Shown here in pieces: positions 1-13,419 of a DNA stretch of 64,000 nt. Made by a program: the position numbers and the translations under genes. Position 1 is the stretch's first letter; each line of letters starts with the position of its first letter. The notes beneath the pieces were generated by a model, which saw only the letters and a list, made by a program, of their open reading frames with translations, was not told the DNA's origin and did not search any database. This stretch comes from Squalus acanthias (taxonomy: Eukaryota): NCBI GenBank assembly GCA_030390025.1, contig CM059432.1, positions 128,466,001 to 128,530,000 on the forward strand, in the 5' to 3' direction.

Positions 1-1697
1 CATCCCAGCTGTATTGCTGAAGACTTGTGCTCCAGAACTAGCTCTGGCTCTAGCCAAGCTGTTCCAGTACAGCTACAACACTGGCATCTATCAGACAAAG
101 TGGAAAATTGCCCAGATATGTCCTGCCCACTAAAAGCAGGACATCCAATCTGGCCAGTTACCGCCCCATCAGTCTACTCTCCATCATCAGCAAAGTGATG
201 GAAGGTGTAGTCGACCATGCTATCCAGTGGCACTTACTCACCAATAACCTGCTCACCAATGCTCAGTTTGGGTTCCACCAGGACCACTCTGCTCCAGACC
301 TCATTACAGCCTTAGTCCAAACATGGACAAAATACCTGAATTCAAGAGGTGAGGTGAGAGTGACTGCTCTTCACATCAAGGCAGCATTTGACCGAGTGTG
401 GCATCAAGGAGCCCTAGTAAAATTGAAATCAATGGGAATCGGGGGGGAAACTCTCCACTGGCTGGAGTCATACCCAAAGTTCCGGCTAAGTTGCGTGGTC
501 GCGTAGTCATCTGCAAGGTCCCGTGCAGGCCACTCACCGGCTTTTCTCTTGTAGATATCGCGCATGCGCAAAAATTTGAATGGGCCACACATTGGGGGAG
601 GCAGGCCACGCAAGAGGCAGTGGGGCTTATAGGGAACGTTGGTCATACCTAGCACAAAGGAAGATAGTTGTGGTTGTTGGAGGCTGGTCATCTCCATCCC
701 AAGATATCGCAGCACGAGTTCCTCACGGCAGTGGCCTAGGCCCAACCATCTTCAGCTGCTTCATCAATGACCTTCCCTCAATCATAAGGTCAGAAGTGGG
801 TTTGTTCGCTGATGATTGCAGTGTTCAGTTCCATTCGCAACTCCGCAGATAATGAAAAGGTCTGTGCCGCATGCAGCAAGACCTAGACGACATTCAGGCT
901 TAGGCTGATAAGTGGCAAGTAACATTCGCGCCACATAAGTGCCAGGCAATGACCATCTCCAACAAGAGAGAGTCTAACCACCACCCCATGGCATTCAACA
1001 GCATTACTATTATCGAATCCCCCACCATCAATATCCTGGGGGGGTCACCATTGACCAGAAACTTAACTGGACATAAATACTGTGGCAACAAGAGCAGGTC
1101 AGAGGCTGGGTATTCTGCGGCGAGCGTCTCACCTCCCAACTCCCCAAAGCCTTTCCACCATCTACAAGGCACAAGTCAGGAGTGTGATGGAATACTCTCC
1201 ACTTGCCTGGATGAGTGCAGCTCCAACAACATGCAAGAAGCTTGACACCATCAAGGACAAAGCAGCCGACTTGATTGGCACCCCATCCAACACATTAAAC
1301 ATTCACTCCCTCCACCACCGGTGCACCGTGACTGCAGTGTGTATCATCTACAAGATGCACTGCAGCAACTCACCAAGGCTTCTTCGGCAGCACCTCCCAA
1401 ATCTACCACCTAGAAGGGCAAGGGCAGCAGGTGCATGGGAACACCACCACTTGCAAGTTCCCCTCCAAGTCACACACCATCCTGACTTAGAAATATATCG
1501 CTGTTCCTTCATCGTTGCTGGGTCAAAATCCTGGAACTCCCTACCTAACGGCACTGTTGGGAGTACCTTCACCTCAGGGACTGCAGCGGTTCAAGAAGGC
1601 AGCTCACCACCACCTTCCCGAGGGCAATTCGGGATGGGCAGTAAATGCTGGCCTTGCCAGTGACGCCCACATCCCATGAATGAATAAATAAAAATAA
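1..1697 (+). mobile_element. CR1-group non-LTR retrotransposon, 3' part of ORF2 (RT) and 3' tail, frameshifted (copy 1)
   Basis: RT motifs YRPISLLS, QFGF, AFDRVWH, VPHGSGLGP, LFADD across ORFs 108-506, 580-852 and 1082-1663. Tail ...GACGCCCACATCCCATGAATGAATAAA. Homologous to 21470-22951. Confidence 0.92.
475..641. mobile_element. 167-bp hAT-like MITE nested in the LINE
   Basis: Exact 8-bp TSD GTCATACC (467-474, 642-649). Imperfect TIRs CAAAGTTCCGGCTAAG / CAACGTTCCCTATAAG (12/16). The empty site is visible in LINE copy 2 near 21932. Confidence 0.88.
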
Positions 1698-3149
1698 CCA
1701 AATAGAAGGGAGAAAATCAGGCTTAGTAAGCAGTATGAAAGAAGATTAGCTTGATGGCTCGGTGGTTAAAATACTGTTTGCATATTGTAAACTACCGCCA
1801 GATTGGAGCTCCAGTAGATTTAAATAGAAATTTTGCAGTAAAAAGTCTCACGTATCTTAGTGGCACAAGAAAAAGCTTATTTTCACATCTGAAATTTTCA
1901 GATAAATATACTTTGCAGTGCGCAGTGCTACTGTATAAATATTCACCATTAGAATATAAATAAGTTGCTATTTAAAATCAGCAGTTTCCACTTAAATTCT
2001 ACAATGAGACTAGCAAAAGAGGGCTTGAACAAACCATCCGGATGTATCACCCACATGCAGGCGTGGTGGTGCATGACGCGACACTTTGGGAGGAAGTGTG
2101 GTGTAGTTCTTTGTCCGGCACCCAAGCTTTGTTAATAAATCTCTCCAAATAAGGACATAGATGGGAACTGTAGAGTGCGACATCAGTTGCGTTTCATTTG
2201 AAAGTTAATGTCGGCCTTTTAACACTGATGGATACAGCAATTGTAAGTATTTGAAAGCGTAATGCTTCCATTTTGCATACGGTTTAGGTAAAAGTGAAGA
2301 AATGAATTGCCTGGATAGAATTTTTCATTCAGAAGTTAATAACCAAAGTTATGCATTATGGTCGACCATGATTATGAGGTATATCCTTTCATTCTGCTAA
2401 GATTAGCCTTTTATCAGTACTACGCAAGCAACTTTGTCTTTAATTAGGTTCTACTCCACGCAACCTCTCTTTCTGAGTAAACAATTAAGATTTCAACATG
2501 ATTTCTAATCTCTTTAGATAACAGTAGTTAGCAATTGGTATTCAATTTGTATATTTAAACAGTGGAGTGTAAAAGTATTTGTGTATGACAGCATTTGTTT
2601 ATAAAATGTATAGTAGCTTACCAGTTGCATATGATGTAGTAAAATATGTGCATTTATTTATCAATATATTTTAAGTCTACTGCATGTTTTGTATTATTTC
2701 ACTTGTTCCAGTTGCATTTTTGCATTAGATCCCCAGTGGAAACCAGCTTTGGAATGAGCTAGAAATTGTATTCAAGAATATTTTTTTTAAAAGACTATTT
2801 TAACCAGTTTATTTAAGTATTAAAAGTGTTCTTTAGACCTTTTGTTGTGATCTGTTGCATGGCAAAGTGGCAATTTTATTTTCCCATGGAAAAGTATCTT
2901 TCTCATTCACCATATATTGAGCAAGGGCCAATTCTGTGTGATGAACATTTGAAAAAGGACAGTAAAGGACCAACTGCTCCATTAAGCCAATCCCACCCCA
3001 GCATGATGCAACCTTTACACACCATCACCTCTGTCTTCATTCTTACCCACCCCCTTTCCCCACTTCAGTAATAGATTCTCCTGGGAGAGGCCAGGAGAAA
3101 AATACTTTTGACCAATTTCAGAAAAAATTCTTGGAAGTTAATCTCTGAG

Positions 3150-5720
3150 CCCTGAAGATGGTCAAGCAAGCTTCAGGAGACCATGGTGACTGGATGATGT
3201 GACCCCCAATGACCCACCTACCTTCTATAGGTAGAGATGTTTGTTGCTCTCAACAACTCGTCCAGCTGCCTTTGGAATGCTTGCAATGAATCTGCAATTG
3301 CTGTACGTGCCAGCAACACATTCCAGAGGTCATCTACTCTACAAAAAGAAGTACCTTGCAGCAACTAACCTAGTTTTAAGCTTTTGTGACATACTTATCC
3401 CCACAGGTCCTCCCTAACTTTTCTAACTCAAATAGCTTAGCCACTTGGACATAGAAGTAAATAAAAGGATTTGACTGTCATATATCTCTTGGGAGGTTTA
3501 GGCTTTTCCATAGTATTTTTAAAAAAACTCCAGCTCTCTGAGCCTGTCCTGGTTACTAAAGGCCCATAAACTAGGGGGGATAAATTCAGTTGGTTGCGCC
3601 TCCTGTTAGCGCCTTAAGAGGGCGCTAATGGGGCGCAAAGCAACTAGCGCCCGGGTGCGGCGATGTTTGCGCCGCTCGCGAAATTAACTAGACGTTTTGC
3701 GGCGGCGCTAAACAGTACCGCCACGATCTCTGCGCTGATCGTGACGTCAGTCGAGTGCGCAACGCCCCGGTAGCACCCCTGAGCGGATAGTGAGTGGCGC
3801 CCCCTGCCTTACCGCCTGCCGCTAGCAACGACAGGTTGAGGGGAGCGTTTTGCAGTCAGGAAGGGACTGGGGGAGCGCTATTTAAAGGCGACCGCTTCCT
3901 GCCTTTTTTTGTTGGCGACATTTTTGAACCACGCATTCTGAGAGAGAGAGAGACTTCTGGAGAGATTCAACGCTGTGTGAAGGAGTTTTGGGTACTGAGC
4001 AGCACTTTGCAGGTTCATTTTGATTTGCCCTTGTATCGATTTAGAAGAGACTGTGGGGGCTGCACTCTGAGCTCTTTCCCTGGTGTACTCCATTGTTCTT
4101 TCCAGCAGATTTGATGTACAGGTCTCTCCAGGCCGAGATTCAAGGCTGCAATGAGCAGGATGTGGATGGAAAGCAAGATTAACCCTCCCCTTTAAGAACT
4201 GGCCGGGGCCATTGTGTCTGTGTTCCATTGCTGACTGACATCACATGAGCTTCGCCAGCGCTCTGAGTTAGCGCCTCGCTCCTCGGCCTTTGCGCCTTAA
4301 GACAGATGTGTAGCGCCTGATTTAGCGCTGCAATCACCTCCAGGGGTGATAAAAGTCAAGTTTGCAGTCAGAGGCGATAATTAGCGCCAGGCGCTAATCT
4401 TTGCGCCCGGCCGATAATTGCGCCCCAAATGGGGCGATACTGAATTTTTCCCCCTTTCTGAACCTTTTCCAGGGTCTCGATATCCCCCACAATGTGAGGG
4501 TATTAAAACTGGATAAAGTATTGCAAATGTGGCCTGATCAAGGCTTTGTATAAAGTGCTTCTAGTTTTGTATTTAAATGCATCCTAATGCCCTATTTGCT
4601 TTTTACAAAGCCTTGCTATTGCATACTGGTCATGGACCTTCAGTGAATCATACACTAAAAGCCTTGGGTCCTTCTGATCAGCAGCCTTGAGCTTCCAACC
4701 CTGCATAGTATATTCGTGCTTCGAATTGCCCTATCAAAGATCATCATGCTATATTTGTCTATATTAAAAGACATCTGGACGACACATGCCAATTCCCCCA
4801 TCATTTTATCCATGGTCCTTACACCAGCACATACCTTTGTGTCATCTGCAAACTTGCAGGTAGTTTTTCCTTTGCCTTCATCCAGGTTGTTGATAAAGAT
4901 GGTGATGAGCAGTGACCCTAACACTGATTCCTGTGGGACTCCACTAGTGACTGACCCCCAAGCCAATAATAACTACCTTCTATCTACACAAATGTTCCTT
5001 ATCCAACCCAAAATTTGACCAGTAACCCTACAAGACTCATTCTAGTGTAGTAGCCTTTGGTGCGGCACTTTTACAAAGGCTTTTTGAAAATCTAAATTAC
5101 GTGATGTTGACTGTTTTCCAACATCCACCAACTTTGTAACTTCCTTAAAAGAAATATAATCAAATTGGTGAGACAGGACCCCTTTTTTCAAAGCCGTGCT
5201 GAAACTCCCAAATAAACCCTTCTCTTTCCAAATGATTGTACAGTGCATCTTTAATGATTCTTTCTAGAAATGTGCCTATAACCTAATGGGCCTAAAGTTT
5301 CTTGGTCCTGACTTATTGCTCTTTTTAAATATTGGTTCCATATGGCCTCTCTCCAGTCCCAAACCCCAACGAGCCAGTAAATATATGAGCAAATAGCTCA
5401 CAGAGCACAGCCTCCATTTCTTGGAGCACTTGAATGCTGAATTTGTTTTAAAAGCACTAGTTCTAGCACAAACTATATCTGCATCTACTTTAACACATTT
5501 CATTTTTAGCATTTAGTTGTATTATTGGTAACCCAATGCCATTTTCAGTTGTGAAGAGTGATACCAAGCAGCCATTCAAAATTTGTCGTGTGCTGGGACT
5601 TCACTGTGATCTGCCCTCTAGATCCTTCAATGGCCCTCTGATTCCTACAAGGCCACATTAGCCCCTGAAAAGTCTAAATGTGCTGATTAGTTCACATGTC
5701 TATATTTATTTTTAAGTTTT
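3150..5720 (-). mobile_element. Old degraded CR1 LINE (RT region), interrupted by a MITE
   Basis: Minus-strand ORFs give SGVPQESVLGSLL...KFADDTKV (4655-4966), LDFQKAFVKVPHQRLL (5042-5248) and PIFKK...NFRPIRL (5276-5512). Confidence 0.8.
3575..4454. mobile_element. GC-rich non-autonomous DNA transposon (PIF/Harbinger-like MITE)
   Basis: TIRs GGGGGATAAATTCAGT / GGGGGAAAAATTCAGT (15/16). Many subterminal TAGCGCC/GGCGCTA motifs. CpG-rich block inside an AT-rich CR1. No clean TSD, so the superfamily is inferred from terminal style. Confidence 0.75.
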
Positions 5721-5820
5721 TGCATTAAATGCTTACACTGTATTGCATATTAAATTTGACATATACCTCAGTGTTTCACAACAGACTTTGTTTCTTGCAC
5801 TACTGTTCCAGATGTTCAGT

Positions 5821-6108
5821 AACAACAACTTTTATTTATATAGCGCTTTTAACATAGTAAAGTGTCCCAAGGCGCTTCAGAGGAGCGTTATCAAACAAAA
5901 TTTGACACCGAGCCACATAGAGCGATATTAGGACAGCTTGGAGTAGGTTTTAAGGAAGCAGAGAGATTTAGGGAGAGAATTCCAGAGTTTAGGGTTTAGG
6001 CAGCTGAAGGCATGGCTGCCAATGGTGAAGCGATTAAAATCGGGGATGCATAAGAGGCCACAATTGGAGGAGCCCATAGATCTCGGAGGATTGTAGGGCT
6101 GGAGGAAT
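5821..6108 (-). mobile_element. L2 LINE 3' end fragment
   Basis: Reverse complement of the 3' end of the L2 copy at 13130-13371, including the (GTT)n tail. Confidence 0.8.
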
Positions 6109-7492
6109 TAAAACTGCTGTAGCGGTTGGGTGATGCAGTATGTCAACACACTATTTTTCCTTATCAGAACATAGGTTCAGACTGATGGGATGAAAGCTTC
6201 TATCTGTGGCTGTATGGGTCTTTTGTGAACTGAGCTTGAAAAGTCTCGACCCAGCTCGAGAGTGGTCCCACAGCACACAATTGACCCAAAGTAGAACTAC
6301 GTTGTCAAACTCTGAGGAGCAATGAGAATTTCTGCTTTAGGATATCGAAATGTCATACTGGAGCAGAAGGGAATGCTTTTTAGAGGTTCAGGTTCAGACA
6401 CATTGTTGGGCCAGAGTACGAAAGCTTTAATCTACATCGGCCTGTGCTATACCTCAGTGGTTAATGCTGACGCTGGATGCTCAAAATAGAAAAATGTTCC
6501 ATTCCCCAGTACGAACATCCTGATCATCTTCAACATGAACATTCATTTTTTTTTTAAACTTAGAAAAATGTTCCACTCTAATGGGTGCTACATTGTGTTG
6601 TCTATGGCATAGTGGATGTTCAAGCTATGTAAAGGACTGCAGGTTTTTTTTTTTACCAGGAGGTGTGATATTTTGTGGGAGCATTGCATGAGAAAGCTTT
6701 ATGGAACCAGATTAAGTTGGGGTGGTGGTGATGGCGAAGAATTTATTTCCACTCTATTTTATCCACTCTGCAAAACATTTTCATGTTACTTTTGACAAAT
6801 GATGCCTACAAAATTTACTTTATTAACTTGCTTTTGAAATAATAGATTTTTTGGATTCTAATTGTAAATTATTAAGGGAAATTGCAAAGCAGGAAGAATA
6901 CATTACAGCAGAATGCTCCAGTTTATAAAGCTCCATTTCAGTATTCTAATATTGCTGGCCCTGATTTTTTAATTGGTGTGCACTGAATAACCCCTCGAAC
7001 ATAAATCAGCCTATTATTCAATACTAAGTAGTATTTCTCACTAATCATAAACCTACAGTATTGTGAAAGTAAGCCTAAGATGGACAGCATTTCTAGTGCG
7101 TAAAACATGACTCTACTAGAGAGGTGTGTTAGTACAGTAATGAATAAACTTGAATGAAATAGATTCTAAAAGTGCGAGAAACAGCCAGTAAAGAATTAAA
7201 TTATTTAATTGAAATAAGCTTTTAGAACCTGGGCTATTTAAATTAAACAAAGTGTTTTCATTTAAACAGCTTGCCACATCCTGTTCTGTCTCTTCCTGCT
7301 TCAAACTTATTGTAACATTTGTGGCTACTTCACAAGTTCAAAGGTCACTAGTTGTAAAAAGATAATGTTAAAAAGATATGAATTACTGATTTATTTTCTA
7401 TTAAAATGCCTTAATGTTAAAATTCCTTTGAATTATTTTAATCGCTCTGTAATTTATTGTGGCTTTCCAAGATAGGTTACAATGTTGTTAAC

Positions 7493-7651
7493 GTAAGAAC
7501 ATAAATAGCAGCAGGAGTAGGCCATTTGGCCCTTCGAGCCTGCTCCGCCATTCAGTAAGATCATGGCTGATCTTCTACCTCATCTCCACTTTCCTGCGCT
7601 ATCCCCATATCCCTTGATTCCCTTAATATTCAAAAATCTATCGATCTCTGT
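7493..7651 (-). mobile_element. CR1 3' UTR fragment (same family as 13910-14690 and 55372-59630)
   Basis: Near-identical to 13910-14070. Confidence 0.85.
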
Positions 7652-9700
7652 TAATGTAGCAGTCTCGATAATTTCCCCTATCATTTGACTTGTGCTTACA
7701 CAACAATTACTGATTTTTTTTTTTTTTTATTGATCCAATTTGAACTCAGCAAGATTTCAGTCTGAATCATTGAATGTTTAGGTACAGTGCTACAGAATTG
7801 CAAAGGTGAATTGTCTTTACCAGCTGGCACTGTTTTCCAGGGTGGTGTATGAACTAAATCTAAACTTTTTTTGATGGCAAAAGACCTTTTCAGCTTTTTT
7901 TTTGCTTGGCGGGGGAGATGTGTATGAGGTTACCAACGTCTCTAAGTTATCGTCCCTACAAATCACCCAAAAAACACTTTTATATTGGTCTTTTAAGTCG
8001 GATTCTGAGAGTCTTAGATACCAGGCTTCTGGAATCCAATTTATGAAAAGACCACTATAAAAGGCCCTAAAAGCTGGGTTGAAGGCAGCTGATTTCCACC
8101 AGTGCTGCACGCCATTATGTAGTGCCTCCCTGCCCTTATTTGCACGAATGTAGCACTTCCATTTTCTGGCGGGATCTCGGGAGCAAAAACACATCCCACT
8201 CCATTGGTGCAGCATAATAACACTCGGCACAGTACTTCCATGTTGGTGTCTTTTTTTTCCTCAGTTCTCAGTACATATATGCAACAATGGATTTTTAAAA
8301 AATCTGTACATTTCCAGTGCTTAATATTATGAAGTAGAAATAGGAAAATGAAGCTGAAGGCGAATTCCTTAATTCAGTAGTGTTTTGGAATAAGAAAACC
8401 TTATTTTATAAAATCTCCAATTTTAGATTGTTTTGCAGCAATATAACTGTCCTCAATTGTTAATCAAAAATGAACCCATGAATCTGTATAGCACAAAGTT
8501 CTCCATCACTTTATTTGATATTTTCACCAAACACCAGTGTAAAATGAATTTAGAACATCATTCTAGATAGTGCTGTTATTGGGCACAGAGTATTGTACAT
8601 ATTTTCTTGCTACTTTTGAACCTGATTCAGTTCTAAACAATATTTCTATCTCAAAATTGATATTTTATCATTCTATACAATGGTTATGTAATCTCCCAGT
8701 GTTACAGCAACACATTTTCTGTATCTTTGGGCCTTTCAGTCACATAGGGTGATGTATCCCATAGCTTGTAAGCCCCTTTTTCTGTCACATGACATGGCAA
8801 CTACCGCCCAACAATATGGCCACTACTTTTCCTGTGGAGAGAAATTGAGTTGTGATTAGACAAGCTTTTCTCATTAAAATGTTACAGCTGACACACTGTC
8901 ATCCCAAGAATCTGAGCTGGATTCAAACTTGGGTTGAAGGAAAGTGGAAACCAATGTGTTCATTTAATTTGGTAATCTATCTTAACTGTGTAAACTTAGA
9001 GACAGCTTGGGCGCTCTGAATCCACTTGGAGGGGAGAGGAAGGATCCATTTGCATTTGGCTTCATTGGCTGCCATCAACTTTTCTGTTTCTCTCCCAACC
9101 CCCACCCCCAAGGTGAAGTAGGCAGGGAACATGACCCCATTTACTGCATCTGTGGTGGAATTGAATCGAGATATAAATGCTTTGAAATCTTTTTCTCAGT
9201 TGATTGAAGATCATCTCTGGATCATTTGTGCTGTGTAACTATTTATGTTGCTTCTGCAAAAAATCTTCAGTTTGCTGTGAAAGTGGCCTTTGGTTATTTT
9301 CCTGTTTCCTGTAGGTTTTTTTTTGGCCGCTATATTTGTAATGAGCCAAATTTGCATAACAGATGTTCACAAACGCAGAGTGTGTAAGTGTCAGAAACTG
9401 ACAAAGTGCAAACCACCACTGAACATTCCAGATTTTACTGCACAAATAACATTGGCTTTACAATTGGTTTGGTAAACTGTGAAGAAAACTACTCTTTGGC
9501 TGTCACTTACTGTTTTTAACATGGTGCTTTATTTGCATCACCTGTACAGCTAGCTGCTAGAGGAAGTATATTTTACTAAATTGCCCACAATCCTGTCTGT
9601 TATCAAGGGCGTTTTATTTACTGTTATTGGTGTCTCTTGTCCATTATTAGTATTTTCTGTTTAGAAGTGTTAGTTGTTCTGACCACATATCCGCTCCATC

Positions 9701-10072
9701 AACAACAACTTGTATGTAAATAGTGCCTTTAGCATAGTAAAACGTCCCAAGGCGCTTCACAGGAGCGTTATTAAACAAAATTTGACGCCAAGCCGCATAA
9801 GGCGATATTAGGACAGATGTCCAAGACCGTCTACTTCCACCTATGTAACATCACCCATGTAACATCACCCGTTTCCGCCCCATCTCAGCTCATCTGTTTC
9901 TGAAACCCTCATCCATGCCTTTGTTACCTCTAGACTTGACAATTCCAATGTTCTCCTGGCTGGCCTCCCATCTTCCACCCTTTGTAATCGCTCCACCATT
10001 GGCGGCCGTCCCTTCAGCTGCCAAGACCCTAAGCTCTGGAATTCCCCTACCCCCCAAACCTCTTCGCCTCTA
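9701..10072. mobile_element. L2 fragment with internal inversion
   Basis: 9701-9820 is the L2 3' end on the minus strand. 9821-10072 is L2 sequence on the plus strand, matching about 12735-12890 and 13140-13215. Confidence 0.75.
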
Positions 10073-10410
10073 CCAGATTGACATCCAGGAATGAAAACTG
10101 TGCTGATCCCATTTTTTTCAGTGAAGTCACTTGACTGATAGCTGAATGCTTTTACTGGACCGGAGTAGGTAGCTTGGTGTGTTGAATCTCCAAATAATGA
10201 TAGATTGAGGACTTTTACCTAGTTTCACATTACGCATGTATCCGATGGATAGGGCTGCTTTATATGGTGGATCTTTACGCAGATGGATTTGGTATCTTTT
10301 ATTGGGCAGGTTAATTTCCTTCCACTGCTGTTGGGTGTCTCAGCAACTTGGCTGAGCGCTGCTAAACTTTGCCCATATCAGACAGCAGGGTTCAAATGAA
10401 GGCGGCTGGT

Positions 10411-11415
10411 CATAGTCATAGAGTTATACAGCACAGAAAGAGGCCCTTCGTGTCCGCGCCGGCCATCAAGCCTTGTCTATTCTAATCCCATTTTCCAGCA
10501 CTTGGTCCGTAGCCTTGTATGCTATGGCGTTTCAAGTGCTCATCTAAATGCTTCTTGAATGTTGTGAGGGTTCCTGCCTCTACCACCCTTTCAGGCAGTG
10601 AGTTCCAGATTCCAACCACCCTCTGGGTGAAAAAGTTTTCCCTCAAATCCCCTCTAAACCTCCTGCCCCTTACCTTGAAACTATGCCCCCTGGTTATTGA
10701 CCCCTCTACTAAGGGGAAAAGTTCCTTTCTATCTATCCTATCTATGCCCCTCATAATTTTGTACACCTCAATCGGGTCCCCCCCTCAGCCTTCTCTGCTC
10801 TAAGGAAAACAACCCCAGCCTGTCCAGTCTCTCTTCATAGCTGAAGCACTCCAGCCCAGGTAACATCCTGGTGAATCTCCTCTGCACCCTCTCCAATGCA
10901 ATCACATCCTTCCTATAGTGTGGCGACCAGAACTGCACACAGTATTCCAGCTGTGGCCTAACTAGCGTTTTGTACAGCTCCATCATAACCTCCCTGCTCT
11001 TCTATTCTATGCCTCGGCTAATGAAGGCAAGTATCCCATATGCCTTTTTAACCACCTTATCTACCTGTCCTGCTGCCTTCAGGGATCTATGTACATGCAC
11101 ACCAAGGTCCCTCTGATCCTCTGTCCTCCCTAGGGTCCTACCATTCATTGTGTATTCCCTTGCCTTGTTAGTCCTCCCAAAATGCATCACCTCACACTTT
11201 TTTCAGGGTTAAATTCTATTTGCCACTGTTCTGCCCATCTGACCAACCCATCTATGTTGTCCTGTAGCCTGAGGCTTCCCTCCTCGCTATATACCACTCC
11301 ACCAATTTTCGTGTCATCTGCGAACTTACTGATCATACCTCCTATATTCATATCTAAATCATTAATGTACACTACAAACAGCAAAGGACCCAGCACCGAT
11401 CCCTGCGGTACACCG
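10411..11415 (-). mobile_element. 5'-truncated CR1 LINE (RT C-terminal half and 3' UTR)
   Basis: [21 protein letters not shown]...[26 protein letters not shown] and RENFFTQRVVGIWNSLP in consecutive frameshifted ORFs. Confidence 0.93.
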
Positions 11416-11852
11416 TGTTCAGTTAACCACAACATGCGTTGTTCTAACAGTGGCCTATTACCTCATTGAAATTTATCTTAACCTCTTTGTTGTTGTACTC
11501 CATTTATAAAACCCAAAATGCAATTGCCATTTGTTCTTTGGCTTTGCTCAACTGCATTTGCACATTGAAGGAATTCTGTATTTACATCCCTAGGTCTCAA
11601 TGTTTCATAGTTTATGCCAGAGGGTGTCTTAAAGATACCTACAAAAGCAATGAAATTTTAAGATTTACTTTCTATCCTTATTCAATTTTTTAATTTGCCT
11701 TTTTCAAGTAATTCTGTAACTAGCAGTATTTGCTGTCTCTTTTGAACAATAACACATGTATGATATGGTGGTGCATCTTATTCAGGGCTGTGACACATTA
11801 AGCCGTGATGGTTTCATCTTTCCACGTGGTAAACTCCTAATTACCATATAGC

Positions 11853-13371
11853 TGTGGAGTCCAGCTGAGTGGGACGTCCCTCGCCTGGTTCCATTCTTAT
11901 CTATACGATAGCAAAATACTGCGGATGCTGGAAATCCGAAATAACAACAGAAAACGCTGGAAAAACTCAGCAGGCCAGGCAACATCCGTGGAGAGAGAAA
12001 CAGAGTTAACGTTTCAGGTCGAAACCCTTCGTCGGAACTGAGAGAAGAGCAGGAAATTAAACAGATAAAAATGCAAGGGGGAGGCTGGGGGCTGGGGGGA
12101 GGCTGTTCTTTTATTCCTCCCCCCAGCCTCCCCCTTGCATTTTTATCTGTTTAATTTCCTGCTCTTCTTTCAGTTCCGACGAAGGGTTTCGACCTGAAAC
12201 GTTAACTCTGTTTCTCTCTCCACGGATGTTGCCTGGCCTGCTGAGTTTTTCCAGCGTTTTCTGTTGTTATTTCCATTCTTATCTATCCAGTCATAGCCAG
12301 AGAATCTCCTGCAATGGCTTCTCTTCTCCCTCCCGCGCTATTACCTCTGGAGTCCCCCAAGGATCTATCCTTGGCCCCCTCCTATTTTTCATCTACATGC
12401 TGCCTCTCGGCGACATCAACCAAAAACACATTGTCAGATTCACAGGTACACTGGCGACACCCAGCTCTACTTCATCACCATCTCTCTCGGCCCCTCCACT
12501 GCCTCACACTGCTTGTCCCACATCCAGTATTCGATTGGATGAGCAGAAATTTCCTCCAATTAAATATTGGGAAGACCGAAGCCATTGCCTTCGGCCCCCA
12601 CCACAAACTCCATTCCCTAGCCACCGATTCCATCCCCCTCCCCGGCCACTGTCTGAGGCTGAACCAGATTGTTCGCAGCCTCTGTGTCCTATTTGACCCT
12701 GAGCTGAGCTTCCGTCCCCATGTCCTCTCCATCACCAAGACCGCCTAATTCGACCTTCGTAATATCGCCCGTCTCCGCCCCTGTCTCAGCCCATCTACTG
12801 CTGAAACCCTCAACAATGCTTTTCTTACCTCCAGACTCGACTATTCCAATGCTCTCCTGGCTAGCCTCATATCTTCCACCCTCTGTAAACGTCAGCTCAT
12901 CCAAAATCCTGCTGCCCGTATCCTAACTCGTACCAAGTCCAGTTCACCTATCACCCCTGTGCTCACTGACCTACATTGGCTCCCAGTCCAGCAACATCTC
13001 GCATTTAAAATTTTCATTATTGTGTTCCAATCTCTCCATGACATCGCTCCTCCCCATTTCTGTAACCTCCTCCAGCCCTACAACCCTCTGGGAACTCTAC
13101 ATTCCTCCAATTCTGACCTCTTGTGCATCCCCAATTTTCATCGTTCCACCATTGGCGGCCGTGCCTTCAGCTGCCTAGGCCCTAAGCTCTGGAATTCTCT
13201 CCCTAAACCTCCCTGCTCTGTCTCCTTTAAGACACTCCTTAAAACCGATCTCACCTGTCCTAATAACTCCTTCTGTGGCTCGGTGTCAAATCTTGTCTAA
13301 TAATGCTCCTGTGAAGCACCTTGGGACGTTTTACAATGTTAAAGGCTCTATATAAATGCAAGTTGTAGTTG
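11853..13371 (+). mobile_element. 5'-truncated L2 LINE (RT C-terminal half and 3' end), interrupted by a Penelope insertion
   Basis: SGVPQGSILGPLLFFIYMLPLG, WMSRNFLQLNIGKTE, LHWLPV, GGRAFSCLGPKLWNSLP. Tail ...CTATATAAATGCAAGTTGTAGTTG. Confidence 0.9.
11905..12270. mobile_element. Penelope-like element remnant: inverted pseudo-LTR pair
   Basis: 154-bp arms 11938-12091 and 12120-12273 with one mismatch by eye. Flanked by duplicated TTCCATTCTTATCTAT (11889-11904, 12271-12286). Homologous to the termini of 47555-48698. Confidence 0.85.
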
Positions 13372-13419
13372 CTGATAACATGTGGTTTCTCAGCAGGTAA
13401 GGAAGGAAAATGTTGGAGA

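Noticed and set aside
3575..4454. CpG island or promoter of the gene
   Set aside because: The CpG-rich block is bounded by TIRs and interrupts a CR1, so it is better explained as a MITE.
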